DNA of 64,000 bases from Takakia lepidozioides. Lineage: Eukaryota > Plantae > Bryophyta. The notes beneath the pieces are model-generated. The model made no database searches and was not told the origin of the DNA. It saw only the letters and a list, made by a program, of their open reading frames with translations. Position 1 is the first letter of the stretch; each line of letters opens with the position of its first letter. This document shows positions 1 to 13,900 of the stretch, one piece after another. The position numbers and the translations under genes were made by a program. The stretch spans positions 44,640,001 through 44,704,000 of the forward strand of contig CM060731.1 of assembly GCA_030704615.1 (NCBI GenBank), written 5' to 3'.

Positions 1-381
1 CCAGGGCTTGAGGCAAGTTCTCCCCAAGAAGGGCTCAGTTTGTCCCTTTCCAATTCCTATCTTTAGCTTGAGGAAAGTTAATAAGCAACGGAAGCTTTAA
101 TAAGTTAAAAGGGTCACTCAATTTACCTTTTAGTCACTCAAGTTCTTATAAGTTCAAAAAGTTCAATCAAAAGTCCTAATTCTTATATGGGAATTTCCTC
201 ACCAAGAAAATTAGGAAAATATTTATAAATTCAAAAATCCGAAAAAAATCTCCCAGGAAGAATGTCATGGGGGAAGCCCAAAGGTGCTAAAATCGCCCCT
301 AACAGATTGCGGGAACATCAGGGAATGTCGGGGAACGTTAGGGCCGTCAGGGAACAAGTTCCCCGTCATTGGGAACTACTG
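1..381. mobile_element. Right end of a probable hAT-like DNA transposon/MITE (truncated by window edge)
   Basis: Ends ...gttccccgtcattgggaactaCTG (reverse complement begins CAG, like the confirmed hAT at 62177). Clustered GGGAAC/GTTCCC subterminal motifs at 310-380. Other TIR and TSD not visible. Confidence 0.4.
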
Positions 382-387
382 CACCGT

Positions 388-1997
388 TGTGGATGTACTG
401 AATCTGTCTAATGAAGCCCCTTGTTCATTCGTTAGTTCTTAAAACGTGCCCTATTGAGGTGCAAATGCAACCTATGGTGGGGCCAGGGACTATTTCGTCC
501 TAACTATATTAATTTAGGGGATTCCAACGCGTTCCCCTCTCTGGATTCGGTCATCCTCTCCGTGGGGAATGACACGTTGTGCCACTGTAGCCGTGGAACC
601 CGGGTAGTGTACTTTTGATCCACCCCCGTCTCTAGCTGCCTCTACCTCTCCTGCTCAACTTGGTGGGTCGCGCCTGCTCCTCTCTGGCTAGGCTGAACCG
701 CCTCCACCTAGGCTCTCTCTCATTCCAAGCACGGAATTTTTCTACCGCTAACAAAGGAGCATGCACACAATAATCCCTTAAGGAGGTATACATTAATCAA
801 ATAGTGTAGAGTGAGAGACCCCCCCTTAAAACCCGCGACCAGCGGTCGTGGGGTAAAACGTGACGGCGACCACCACGTAGCGATGCACCAGGCCTCGCGG
901 GCGCCGCCTTGCGGTCAGTCGGTGAACTCAAAAAAATCAGCACGTGGGGGCTGTCCCAAGCCCCGCCTTCCCTGCCGTGCACTGCTGCAGTCAATTCCTA
1001 TTTTCGGCCCCGTGCGGAGAGCAGCGCCAGGGCGCCTCAAGCTGGTTGACCTCCAGCTATTGATGGTTGACCTCCTCGGCTATTCCACTACTTCCCACGC
1101 CCTACCCGGGGCTATGGTGGAGGGGGCCAGGCCTGATCAACAACAAAATAAACAAAACAAACAAAAAAAGAAAACCAGCCCCCTAGCCCAAGGCTTAATG
1201 TCTTCCTCTTTGGGGAGACTGTTAGCGATATCCTTCGGCCCCTGGCCTATAATTGATCTGATGTCCCTTATGGACAACGGCCTAGCTAACCTCTTGTTAG
1301 TTAGAATAAAACAAAGCAAAACATTATAGCTTCGAACCTCTCGAGCTTAAAACAATTGAACGCTCTTCCTCTTTTCTAGGACAGGAGTCAGGGGGCCACA
1401 CACACTCCCCTAGTTGTGACCAAGGCCCTCTTGGCTCACACACATACAAATCAACAAGACAACAATCAAATCTAAATTTTAGACTTTCCACATGACCTTC
1501 TCTTGAAAATCAGAGCTGCTTGTTCATAGCAATGCAAATGGCTCAACAGCCGACAATGGGTGGGGCTAGATTCCAACTCTAGCCCCCATGAAATAAACAA
1601 AGAAATAAACAAAGTATGAGGAAAGCACAAGGAAGAAACAAGGGGGCCTTGCCTCCTTTTTATATTGTTTTTGAGCCTAATAAACTCATGAAAATATTCA
1701 TTAAATTATTGTTTCTTTGGAAGATCTATAATATAATATTTAACATGGATAAAAAGTCTTAGAGACAAATGAAAGCTGGCTTTCATCCATCCAATTGGAT
1801 GACCAGTTGGCGAGAGTTGTCATTTCATCCATCCAGCTCCTCCAGGCGAATTTCAGGATTTTTCATCCATCCAAGAAGTAGAAACTCAAATAATCAGCTC
1901 CCATGAGTGTCATCGACTCAATAATTTGGCGCTGCTGCTAATCTGCTCCATAAATCACCAAACTTGGTGAAAAACTACAATTATATACCCCGTATCA
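388..1997 (-). mobile_element. Possible solo LTR (Ty3/Gypsy-like)
   Basis: Minus strand reads TGATACGGGG...ACATCCACA (TG..CA ends), about 1.6 kb non-coding, with TATA-like TATAAAAAGG near 1655-1664. No matching 5-bp TSD found. Confidence 0.35.
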
Positions 1998-2704
1998 GCT
2001 TGTAAATTCTCAGGTCCATCGGTGGTAAAAAGTTGCGTCTTTCGCCATTCGTCGTGCTTTCGCTACATAAAGATTTTGTGATATTGTTGGAAATCAAATC
2101 CCTGGTGATGGCTTTGGGGTCTTTGACCCTGCCACTGAGTCATAAGTTGTCCGGAGTCCCCTCCAGTTGCTAACAAGTCCACGCTTCACCGTTTGAAGTC
2201 GTCTTGACCTGCTGTCATTCCGATGCAGCCATTTGCTTTGTTGCGATATTTCATCGCTGTACATGTCGCTTCCACCAATTGCCAAGCTCCTCGCCGTGTG
2301 TTCCTACTGGACTTGAAAAGCAGAAGAAAAGATAGATTGCAATCTGGGACTGGAACAGTCGTCCTGTATTGTTTCATGATTACTTTGCCGTTTCTGGTAC
2401 CGAATTGGCAGCCTAATCTGCTGTCGATGCAGCTTCCTACAGTCATATTGACGCCGGAGTTCCTCTGCATGGTCGTCGCAGACATTGTCTATTTCCTATG
2501 TGCTTTACCAACGATATCCAGGCAACTAACAAAGTAACCTGTTTTGGCAGTACAATGCCGAAACCGCTTGTCTTATGATAAAAAACGATCTTAAGAGAAA
2601 AATATACCAACATATGCATCTACAGGCTTGACAAGATATAAAGATGCGTTCTATTGATTCTAGGATGGCGGAAGAACATCATACACACATGATGCACCTT
2701 GAAA

Positions 2705-3350
2705 CTAAAGCCACTCCCCAACTTTAAGTACCCTGTTAACAATCTGCCATAAGAAGGCTGCTATTTTCGCCGGACGGGTCTTTATCCAGACAGATCCCCA
2801 AATGGTAGACCATTTCTCCTCACTGAAACCATGCAACCCCAACTTTGCTTCCCATTTTTTTGTCATTTGTGGAGTGGCTGAGAGGGCTCTATATCCCTTC
2901 TTGGTTGTATAAGTGAAGAAAAGGTCTGGCTGGTTTTGAATTTCCAAGACCATTCGTGGGGGTCTATTTCAATTTCTTTAAGGGGTCTCCCAAGGATCCA
3001 TACAAAGGTATTGGAAGCAAGCCAGGCATGGGTAGGGCTGGTAAGAGGTGCCTGGGGATTTGGCCGGACAAGACCAACAGTAGACTCTCACTGGGGTGAG
3101 GACCACCGGTTGTAACACTAGCGGTTGAGGAGAGGTAAGAGTCAGAATCAGAGAGGTGGTGTTGATGCTGAAAGAGTATACCATGAGCCTGATAGGGTCA
3201 ATGTCTTTGACAAACAGGAGTGTTAGCTGGCCATTGAGAATCACAAGAGCCCAAGACTCTCGGGTTGGTGGTGTCGGACCAGTGGCTAGGGTTGCCAGCC
3301 ATTGAGGTGGGATTGCTTGCACCAAATCATCCCGCCGGAATGCAATAGCC
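2705..3350 (-). mobile_element. Degenerate L1/Tx1-type LINE ORF2 fragment (zf-RVT region)
   Basis: YTTKKGY...W...IWGSVW....AKIAAFLWQIVNRVLKVGEWL matches the region preceding the zinc-binding motif of plant L1 ORF2. Broken by frameshift and stops. Confidence 0.7.
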
Positions 3351-4990
3351 CTCGGAAGTCAAGAGACACCATAATTTACGCTTCCTTGGGGAGGCATCAT
3401 ATATTATTATTATAATTAGGGCTCTTCCTCATAAGCAATGACATTTCACAACGTCACCCAAAGAGCTCTTCATGACGACTATGGCTGCTAATTCCGATGC
3501 CAGCGGCGATGTCCGATGGTACAGTGGGGTTGGATGAGAGATTACAGGAATGTGGTTACGGAGCGGACAGAGGGTTGGCGTTCTTCTTTTGTTGCAGTTT
3601 CGATGAGTATGTAAGCGTTTGGGCGCATCTGTCTAAGCTGTGACTGGCACAGACCCTGCCTTCACATTGAACACAGACCATTATGAACATCAGCTGTGTT
3701 CCTAAGAATGAGGTCCTCAATTTCCCTGCACAAGCGAAGTCTGACCCTCATGCCAGGCGATTTTCTGTCTGTCTCAAAAATTGACTCTTTTCGGAGATTG
3801 ACACATGATATTTTGTCTCTGGGACAAGTCTTGCACCATGTCTCCATTTCCTAAAAATGTTCAATCTGTTTGTCTCCAGGCAACAGGCAACAACAATTCC
3901 TATTCAAGCATCCCTAGTTTGCAGTGCCACTGGTCATAGTTTGTTGTTCAAGTTGGTAGCCATACTGTTTAGCATAGTACTTCACTGACTCCATTGGAAG
4001 GCCCGTTTCCAGCTTATATTGTAGTAATATCATCCAAGACCTCGATATTGGCTGCTAACATGGCCCTACGTGAGTGAAGGGAGGTGCAATCCAATCGACA
4101 GAACAATATTTGGTGGTCTCCTTAGCATCAGCAACAGGCAGCAAAGCAAGTGACTCCATTTTGACAATGCCTGAACAAGTAACCCTGAAGCGATAAGGTA
4201 CGCAAGCTCACTCTGCTGATAAGGTATAAGAGGGACCAAAAGTGAAACAATGCATGCATGTACACAGCACAACTCAGTGCAAAGATGAAAGATAAATCCT
4301 CCCTCTCCATTACCTCTTAATCACATGAGAATAATCCTTATCATGCACCTGAAATATTAGGCAGCCTTAGTTGCAGAGTTCTTGCTGAGTAAGCTTTGAT
4401 ATGCCATCAGTGGGCCCTAATTTAGGGTGAACAGAGAATCTCCATCAGGGCACAATAAGGAGTCCACCTGCATTTTCCAGCCCTCCATCACAATTGTTTT
4501 TGAGTAGGCTAAAACTAGTCTTCTAATAAAATCTCGTACCCAAGCAATAATGTGCTAGGCTATGTGACTCAAGTCTCCAAGTTGTGATCCAATGTGAATC
4601 CCACTTCAATACTCTGGAAAGTCCCCCACAAAACTCCCATACAGTTGACGACATTCTCAACTGCATGATGGGGACTGGCCTCTCAGTTATATCACTTCAT
4701 CCTACTAATTCATCATGTTTAATAGCACATCTCAGCAGTCCGTTTTGATTTGTGGTTGCCTATTCCCTAGCAAAGGATTATAGAGCATCAGAAATATACA
4801 GTATAGGTATCCTGTGCTCGTCAGAAAAAAATCGTATATTGTTGAATTGCATTTGCAATCAATGTTGAGCGGCAGGTCTTCGTCTCAATCCTTCCATATC
4901 TTGTGCCTCCTACGGTACATCCAACTGCTGCTTACTTGACACCTTGTGTTTGAGCAGTCAATAGCATGGAACCCCCATTTCATGAGAAAT

Positions 4991-7900
4991 TTAAACAGAT
5001 GCGCTTGTATCTTCAAAAGGCAGAGGAACAGTCTTGATGGCCCGGTATTTACCGACATTGTTCAAATGCTCATTCTCTAACCTGCAGCCCACACCATCAA
5101 ACCAAAAAGAATATGGTGAAAATAGAAGCAACGAACAATTGTAGACAAGCTGCGCTATTTGGAAAAAGGCCTAATAGTCTGAAATCCTTTCAGCTGTCTA
5201 GATTTAAAGTTGTACTTGGGAGTCTCACTTTCCTCTTTTCATTTGCCACATGATCGCTCTGAGTCTACATTGGTTTCTTGATATGCATGGACTGTTTCAT
5301 AATAAACATACATGTATAAGCGAAGACTTGTTGGTATTCCGAGAGTGTAGGTACTACTGAAACTTTGCTTGCCATAGCGAATGTAGTCATAGACCCAATG
5401 CCCAGTCCAGATGGGGAGGAAAGAGGGAGAAAAAAAGAAGTGGTCGAAATACTATAACATCCACTGAAGCGCAGAGGGGTCTATTGGACATGGTATACCT
5501 GAAAAGCCTAGCAAAAGATTGCAACCTCGGTTGTTGACAGAATGTCTCAGGCAGCTAAGCTGTTAACCACTTAAGACAGAGAAACGAAACGAAACGAAAT
5601 GAAATGGTGCTTTATAACGTCCGCGGAAAGCTCAGAGAGCTTGACTTTTAAAGAAAGACTTTTAAATCTAGTTCTAGTCCAAGAGCCCACCCCCCGGAAG
5701 GAGGCAGCAGCCGAATGGTGAAATGGCTCTTAGTTACGCCAGCTTTTGGCCAGAATCTTTTTCTTCTAGTCCAGGAATTAGAATTAGGTGGGAAAGGCAA
5801 AAACAGATACACACAAATACTTACTTTTTCAACTCCACAGGAAATGTGCAGCAGGTGGGCTATGCTTCAAAATAGCTCTAGAAGCTTGGGCTAGTTCATT
5901 TTCTGTGAGGTCTGCTGCCCCTTTTCATTACCTTTGTGGATTCTTGACATTTAGGCTACAAGAAGATATTCAAAACTCCCATGGCCTCATAATAGAAAAA
6001 TAAAGAACACATCAAACCCCAAATGATGTATGGAGGGAGAACTGCAATCAAAACCCCGAAGTATTGCATGGTCAGGATTTCAAAGCACCTGTAGAAATTC
6101 CAGTGTCCTCGGCGTATTATCTCCAGAGATGCAACAATAAAGTCTGTGACACAACCATCCAGAGCCCCAAACTTAACAGGTGTCACTGACTCCAACCATG
6201 TGAGCCGCAGCACCAAGTTCAGCATCTGCAACATCAACCCCATGCACAAAGGAACTGTGTTGTGTCCTGAGTACAGAAGATTTCGAGAAAGAAACACAAC
6301 AGATAAAACATTTTTCAACATTGCCTTCCCAGGGCTGCTCTCTTTTTCCATCTATGATACAAGAAACTGAGAGGGGAGATTGGTTGTTCCCAACTTTCTC
6401 TGGTCAACTCATTCATTGTGGGGGAGGTGGGGACACTCTACATCACGATTCAGCCAGCCCACATCTCAAACATGAGGCAAGACCTGGTAGCTTAAAAAAG
6501 ACCTTGACAGAGCAAATTGAGATAATATGAGTTTAAAGTTTGCCCCGAATTTTTAAATTACGAACTGCTTAGATGACAGTAGTGAAGAAAAGTCAACTCA
6601 CACAGTAAAACTGTAATAACCATAGCCCTCTATCAATTTTGCTACGAAAGGTTCTTACCATGGACGCAAAGTAGATCCACTTTTGATCAAGGATGAGTTG
6701 GTCTCTTAGCCATGGGTTCAGTGAATTGCGGCGAAGAAGGCCCCAGTCCACCACCAGGTCCCAATAGACTTGATATACTGTTGCAATAGAATTAGCAGTG
6801 AAGAACATGACCAGCCATCCCAAAGTGGTGTTCCTGCTATATGTTATCTTCAAGGCCACTGCCACCATAGCTGACAAATACTTCCCTGCGTTTGCTAGAT
6901 GTACATTATCGGTCTCATCAGACCAGCGCCTCATACACTGTTGTCAGCCATAAAAACGATGGTCAATGCATACACACCCCTTGGACAGTGTAGAAGGAAA
7001 GCAGTTTTATAAAGAGAGTTTAGAAAGGAAGAGAGAAATGAAATGGTACTTTATAACGTCCGCGGAAAGCTCATAGAGCTTAGAGAGCGAGAGGGGAAAA
7101 AAACCTTTATTGCGTCCACCGGAAGTTGAGCTTATGGGACTGAAGAAAGCATGGTACAACAAAAAAGTGGGGCTACCAACAATCAGCTCAAAAACTATGA
7201 TTCAAGAGATTCTCTAAGGTGGCGTCCTCATTTAGATTTTCTGCCAGGCATCTCTGATTGTCATAATGAAACACCTCTATGAAGGAGTAGCTGTCTGTAA
7301 ATAAGCAGGAGTAGCCTCCCCAGATTTCACAGTAAAGAGGGCAGTGAAAGCTCACATTAAATAAGTAGTAGTAGCGGCCCTGATTTTGTAGTAGAGAGGA
7401 CAGTGAAAGAAGTGTTCCTCAGTTTCAATTCCTGCCTGTCTTGTCTAGCACAAGCGGGTAATAAGCGTTGAGCACGCTGCAACTTATCCCATCTGCCGCT
7501 CTCTATGCTCACATTATGTGAGGCCACCCTGGACCTCCCAATGCCCATAGATGGAGAAAGATGCGAGAATAATTATTGGGCTGTAACATTGTATCCTCTT
7601 GGAGGATGAGGGTAGAGAAATGACATAACGTCCACTGAAAGCTCAAAGAGCTTATTGGGACAAGAGAAAGCAAGAAACAAGAAAGAGAGAGGGGCCCACA
7701 AACAACTACTGCTCAAAGGAATGTCTAAGAGTCAACATCTCATGCAGGTATGCTGCTAAGCATTTCTGATCCTCGGAATGGAAGACCTCCATGAGAGATT
7801 GGGGAACAGATAATAGAATCTCTCACGAATCTGATAATAGACAGGACAGTGAAAGACGAAATGCTCTTCACTTTCGATCTTCCTGTTGTTCCCAGCGCAA

Positions 7901-10900
7901 GTGGGGCATAGATGGTCCTCAGAGAAAGAAATTGATTAGGTCTGCAAGAAGAATTGACATAAAATGGAAAGAAAGAAGGAGATGCTATGACATCCACAGA
8001 GGGCCCATGGGACGAGGTAAAACAAAGCAAGAAAGAACAAGAAGAAGGAATATAGGGAGAGACCTGGCACAGACGCCACCAGTAAGGTAGTAAAGCAAAG
8101 ACATATGTCCAATAAGTAAAATTCTTGCTATTGAGACACGAATCGCTGTCCTTGGTTGAGAAGAAACCTCCGCAGTAGTAGCATATTACAAACTCCAGAT
8201 TTTTCAGCATTGGAACCTGCAGACACTAGGCCCAAATCAGGTCTATAGGTCCACATGTGCCAATTTCACCATTTATCCCACCTAGCAGTACATGAGTAGC
8301 ATGGAGCAGCAAGATACTATTAGGATGTAGCACTTAGAATGATGGAAATTGATGTCACCAAGGGAATGCAGAGAAGGCCAAGTGATTGCAACCTGGCTTG
8401 TCAATTGATCAGCGAGAAAAAAGTCAGCAAGCACCACCTGCCAAAGCATACAATTGTAATCATGTCGTTTTCTGGTGCATCGAGCTACATATTAAGGCCT
8501 CCAATTGGGTGAGGAAGAAATGAAATGAAATGAACTGGTGCTTTATAACGTCTGCGGAAAGCTCATAGAGCTTATGGACAAAGAAAGAGACAAAGAAAGG
8601 AGCTTTGTAATGTCCACAAGAAGTCCAAAGAGCTTATTGGACAAGAACCTTATAGTAAGGGAGAAAGCACCTTATAGAGGGGTGCACTCAAGACGTGCAG
8701 GAAGACACCTAAAAAGAAGAGACGGCTGGAGCGGTAGCACACATTGAAAGGATTCAAGAGTACTGCCAGAAACACCTGTCCCCATCTCCATCATCCAGAA
8801 ACTGATCATACCACTTCCAGATACTTGTGGAACATTTGTTATCAATTTCTTCTTTTGCATTTGCAATTAATTTTGGAAGTCCTAAGACTAAAAGGTTGAA
8901 TAAGCCCAAGGCCCTCAAGTATGCAGATCCCAGAAAAACATCAAATGTATGATATGAGTTTGAAGGACGCAAGACACGTGGGAAAGTGCAGGATTAAAGA
9001 GCCGTTGCATGAATTCAGATTTTGGCCTGGATTTCTAGATTTCATGACAGATAAGAAACATGTAAATGAGTGAAAAGCAGTAAATACAGTGAGATTTAAC
9101 AATCTAAGTACCCAGGGACACGAACCTATTACAAGGCACTGCTCTCAAACACAAGACTGATTACCAGACAAAACTAGTAAATGTGCTGCATCCAGAAGAT
9201 CAGTACTTTCTATGGACCAAGTTCAAATTATGTTTCTTTCACTCTAGCTCATAACTTTGGACTTTAGTGTAGGAAGCTTTCGCATTCACTCAAAGAAGAT
9301 GAGCTCGTGTCTGTGAATGCGAGGCATGAGTCATGGAACAAAAGAGAAATGAAATGAAATGGTGCTTTATAACGTCCGCGGGAAGCTCATAGAGCTTATG
9401 GGACAAAATGGAACAAAGGAGAGAATGATACAAAAAACGAAGGGACAAAAAAACATCATGATGTCAACAGGAACTCCAAATGGCCTACAGGGAGCATGGC
9501 ACAAGCAAATGAAATGAAAGACAGCACAAATGAAATGAAATGGTACTTTATGACGATTAAAGAGCTTATGGGACAAAATGGAAAAAACAAGAGAGAGGAA
9601 ACAAAACCAGAGCCAAAAACAGCCCAAAAGCACATGCCTACAACTACAACGAAAGAAAGGAGCATGATGTAAATCTATGCCAACCCTCAAAGAGATCTAG
9701 CTACGTAACAAAAGCCAACACACTTCTATAAGACTGATTTTTTGTTTTCAGATCCATTTCAAAGCATATGTTCTCTTGAATGCCATCACAAGTCAGATTC
9801 TTATTTGCAACTCAGTTCAAGTCAACCAGGCAAGGAATTCATCACGCAAGAGGTCTTGCAACAATGCAGGCTGATGGATGACTTACCAGCAACACTGCCA
9901 GGGGAATGAGGTCGATGTAAACAGATGCCTGCGCGTGGATAAGAGATGAATGGATACTCAAGTGGACCACCATGGCTCCTATTAGCACCGTGGTCAGCCC
10001 TGTGCAAACTAAGAGGACTTCCCGATATCGGAGCTCGGAACCTGGGGAAAATTCGAAGATGAAGGCGTAGTTGATGCGTACACGCCTCCATATATAAACA
10101 TTCCACCCATACATGTACATATGGAGCAATATGAGCGCCAACATGCTGGCCATCCATCAACAGTATGCCACACAACCATATATATCATGCCACAATCTTG
10201 GGTTTACCGAGTGGTCAGGTGACAATGGAGGATAGAGCTTTCTAAGTCCCATAGTCATTGCTTTTGTTAGGCACCAACTTTTGTTTTCAAGGTATTTGAT
10301 CAAAACTTGGGACAAGTACCGGATAAACACAAAGGATGGCAGGACCCAAGCAACCAGTTAGATTGCACTTTCTCAATACTCAAAAGGAGGCCCAAGCAAC
10401 ACATCACAGTTTGCAGACTAGCAAAATGAGTTTGTGGTAGTCTAGGACAGAGGTTCCTTGTGACTTAGTGCTTGATGCATCTATAATACCAATAGGTGAA
10501 CAAACATGCAGATTCATGGGAAGTCACATGTAATGAAAGAGGGGAAGGAGGAGACCCTGGAAACAAGACCGTGCCTGAAAGTGGGAAAGATTGACTGCAG
10601 ATAGGTGATTCTATCAGCGTCCTTGTAGTCCCCGTCTAGTTGGAGTATAAGTCCAAAGGCGACAATTAGGGCCACTGAACACCCTGTAAATAACCCTGCA
10701 TGCACCATTAAGTAAAAAAGGGGCTCCTACTCAGGCCAGTTCACTGTGGCAAGCAATACGATTTCTTTCATGGTGATGGATGAAACATGTAAGACAATTT
10801 GTTTGTGTGATGGAGTATTATTACACACAGGAGGCACACACAGCCTTCATTTATGTGACGTCCGAGAAGAAACAAACAAACAAACACTTCATAATATCCA

Positions 10901-13900
10901 CAGGAAGTTCTGGAAAGCAGAAAGCACCCATACCCAGAAAGTAGGTAACCGTGTGGGAGGCTGTCTGCTGCATGGGCCTTAATGATGCCATAGCATGCCG
11001 CCGGTTTTCCTTGGCAAAGTGCTCTGTGAATATGTCTTCCACCTTCCCCATAAGTTTCACAACCTGCCCAGCCCAAGGAAGGCAATGCATATGCTTACTA
11101 TGGTTTCATCTGGTTCACAAACTTTTCCTTTCACATTTTTCTTGGAGGATGGTCATAAGAGTTGGTTACAACCATTTGAAAAGGATATTGACGTATGAAA
11201 TCTACATTCAACAGTACCAAATCCGGACAATTCTTGAAATGACTCCAGCACATCAACGTCATGACATTGTACTGTCCACTGGTCGAGTCCAGTGGCTCTG
11301 ACCGACACTCCAAATTGATGTGGGCTCCAATGTATCCTGCATCCATTTTCACCGTGTGCATTGTATACAACCAAGAGATATCCCTGATGATCAAGGGACC
11401 GTGTAAGAGCAGTGAATTTTAGGCCTTAAGCACAGAATCTGTACAGGCTAATTCTCAACCTTGCAGTCCTAAAATCTGATCTCCAAAAGAGAGAATTTCT
11501 GACGATTATAGAGAATTGCCTACTCTGTCAGAGGTATTGATGTAGGCACGCTCCACCTGGTGCATGTACTTTTCAGCTACACAGTATCCAGTTACCTGCC
11601 CCAACCCCACTGGACTAAGAAAACATTACACCGGAAATCTCTGAAACACTTCTAAGTTTCTACGACCGAAATCCTCTTTGTGCATGCGTAGATACATATA
11701 CATGCAACTGACATTAATACGCACTTGCAAGAGAAGGCATACAGCGCATGCAAGCAAAAATGTCGAATGATCTCTAGCAGCCTTCAACAGTGAAGTCAAG
11801 GTCGCATCCAGGCTCACCAAAAAACACAAGAGAGAACACTTGGAACCAAGCAACAATTCAAATCCACAAAAAGTACAAAGTTCTCTCCCTCTTTGGTGAT
11901 GTAGACATGTGTTTTCACATCACATAACACAGATCCAGTGACTGCATTTCGTCCCATAACTGTACTCATTAAAGTAGGAGTAGATGACCAAAGATTATGC
12001 GATAATTCAAAGACTGTTTAGGAAGAAGATAAACAACCTTGTCGTATTTTTTCATAATCTTGGCAAATGCAACCATATTCAAAGAGCTGCCACAACCCCC
12101 ACAAGTCAAGCTCTGCTCAAAAAGGAATACAGAAATAGCTTCACTTTTCAAATGACCTGTCAGAAGCAACATCTCAGGTTGGGGGCTAAACTAGCCAGAC
12201 AAAAAGACAACAGAAATGAAATGAAATGGAAGAAAGAAACTTTATAATGACCATGGCAAGCTCAAAGAACAAAGACACTCAATACACGAAAGATTTGAGG
12301 CCCACAACAAGCAGCCCGAAAGCAGGCTCCAAGGGCCCATGGAAAGCAATTGGACAACCAAGAGGAATGACAAGGAATTATTGGAGTTTACTATGTCCAC
12401 GCCAGGTCCAAAGGACCCAATGGAAACAGAATACAAACAGAACCATAGAACTGCTATGGACGGTGACACTACGTATACAAGAACAAATGTGGTCTGAATG
12501 TGGAGGAAGAGGGAGAGGCAGCAAACCTGTAGCTCTTGAGCAGCCCAAGCCCGCGGTAAAACTCTATGAATGCAGCCCGCAGCATGCTCTCAGCACTTAG
12601 TACCTTCTTTCGGCTGATTACGATATCCTCTTTCCCTCTGTAATCTGTCGCTGTCCTTTTTGACTGACGTAACACATCATCCCATAGCATCTGTGTGAGA
12701 GTTGAAATTGTGGCCACAGGGTTGGTACGTGGAATCTTTATTCTCACTTGAGACCCATTGATGGAGCTCCTGGTGACGCTTCCTGCAGGGATCTCTGCTG
12801 GAATCACAACTGCACTGGATAGCAAGCCACTTGGCTCCAAGGAGTCTACAGTCTTTAGCCTCAGTGGCAAGCCAGATAAACCAGTTGCTGCAGCTGTTGC
12901 CTTGGCAATTGCATCCAGCAGATCTTCATTTTGTTCAAGATAACCTGACTCCAACGTCAGTTCAGAGATTCCTGCAACACAGTATGTGTGATGGCCTTGG
13001 GTCAGTCACTGCTGAGCAATGCGGGTGATCACCTCTGATCAAAATGGTAATCAGTCAAAAGTAAGATTACAGCTACAGAATCCTTCAGACTTCAAGTCTC
13101 TGGATTAGAAGGTTTGTGACTAGCTGAGCATCAACCTATTTAAGATTTCCAGATTCCCCACTGCAGTATGCCACCACCTTCTATTACCATCAATTTCGCC
13201 TGTGAAAGGCTTCAAGCGGTCTTGCTCCAGTAATTTCTTCACTTCAGTGAGCGTGTAGATCTGCTTGTCCAAAAGTACTCCACGCTGTGCAAACTCCTCC
13301 TCTTTGCTTTTATAGAACTCGTTAACTTTGTTGAGCTGGGCATCCAAAGTTGTAAAAAACTTTTGATCGTACTCTGACTGGGCAATAGGCCCCAGTAACT
13401 CAGTTTCATAGATGAGATCATCTCCCATGTCTGACTTCTGGGTATGTACCTGCTTCAAATCAAGCAAAGACACCTAGGGATTATTAAGGTCCAATGTCTT
13501 GTCCTGGTGTACTCATCCTGCTGCTGGTATGCCCAGCTTCAGTACCTTCTGGGAAATTAAGGCATCTAGCTCACAGTGCTCCACGGTATCCAGCAATACT
13601 CAGATTTTATGCACTCCACACCAGATCTACTTGGCTTTCCTGTTTGCCATTGACTCCATCAAACGTTGCTGAAGGTTGCTAGTGTGCCCAGTGGGCAAGC
13701 CACCATTTATTAGAAGCCTTGATGAACGTTTTGATGTTTACATGCGCCCCCTTCACCTGGAAAGCTCCAGCAACTACATTCACTATCTCCAGGAAGCAAT
13801 TAAGAGATGGAGGTGCCCAACACTAAAGAAAGGCTTAGGATGCTCACCAGCCCAATCATAAACAGCAGATCCACCCCGGATGGGTTGAGAAACTAAAAGT

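Noticed and set aside
811-1329. 172-aa ORF
   Set aside because: No recognisable domain; lies in a probable LTR with low-complexity runs
3480-4900. Possible spliced antisense transcript converging on the PHO1 3' end (cis-NAT analogue)
   Set aside because: Only scattered splice-like motifs; no coherent model can be supported without RNA data
5581-9613. Dispersed hairpin repeats as a CRISPR-like array
   Set aside because: Irregular spacing, 5'-truncated copies with simple-repeat tails, eukaryotic introns, no cas genes
13033-13072. Possible extra PHO1 micro-exon
   Set aside because: Introduces a stop or phase conflict; the donor at 13187 joins exon 2 to exon 3 cleanly
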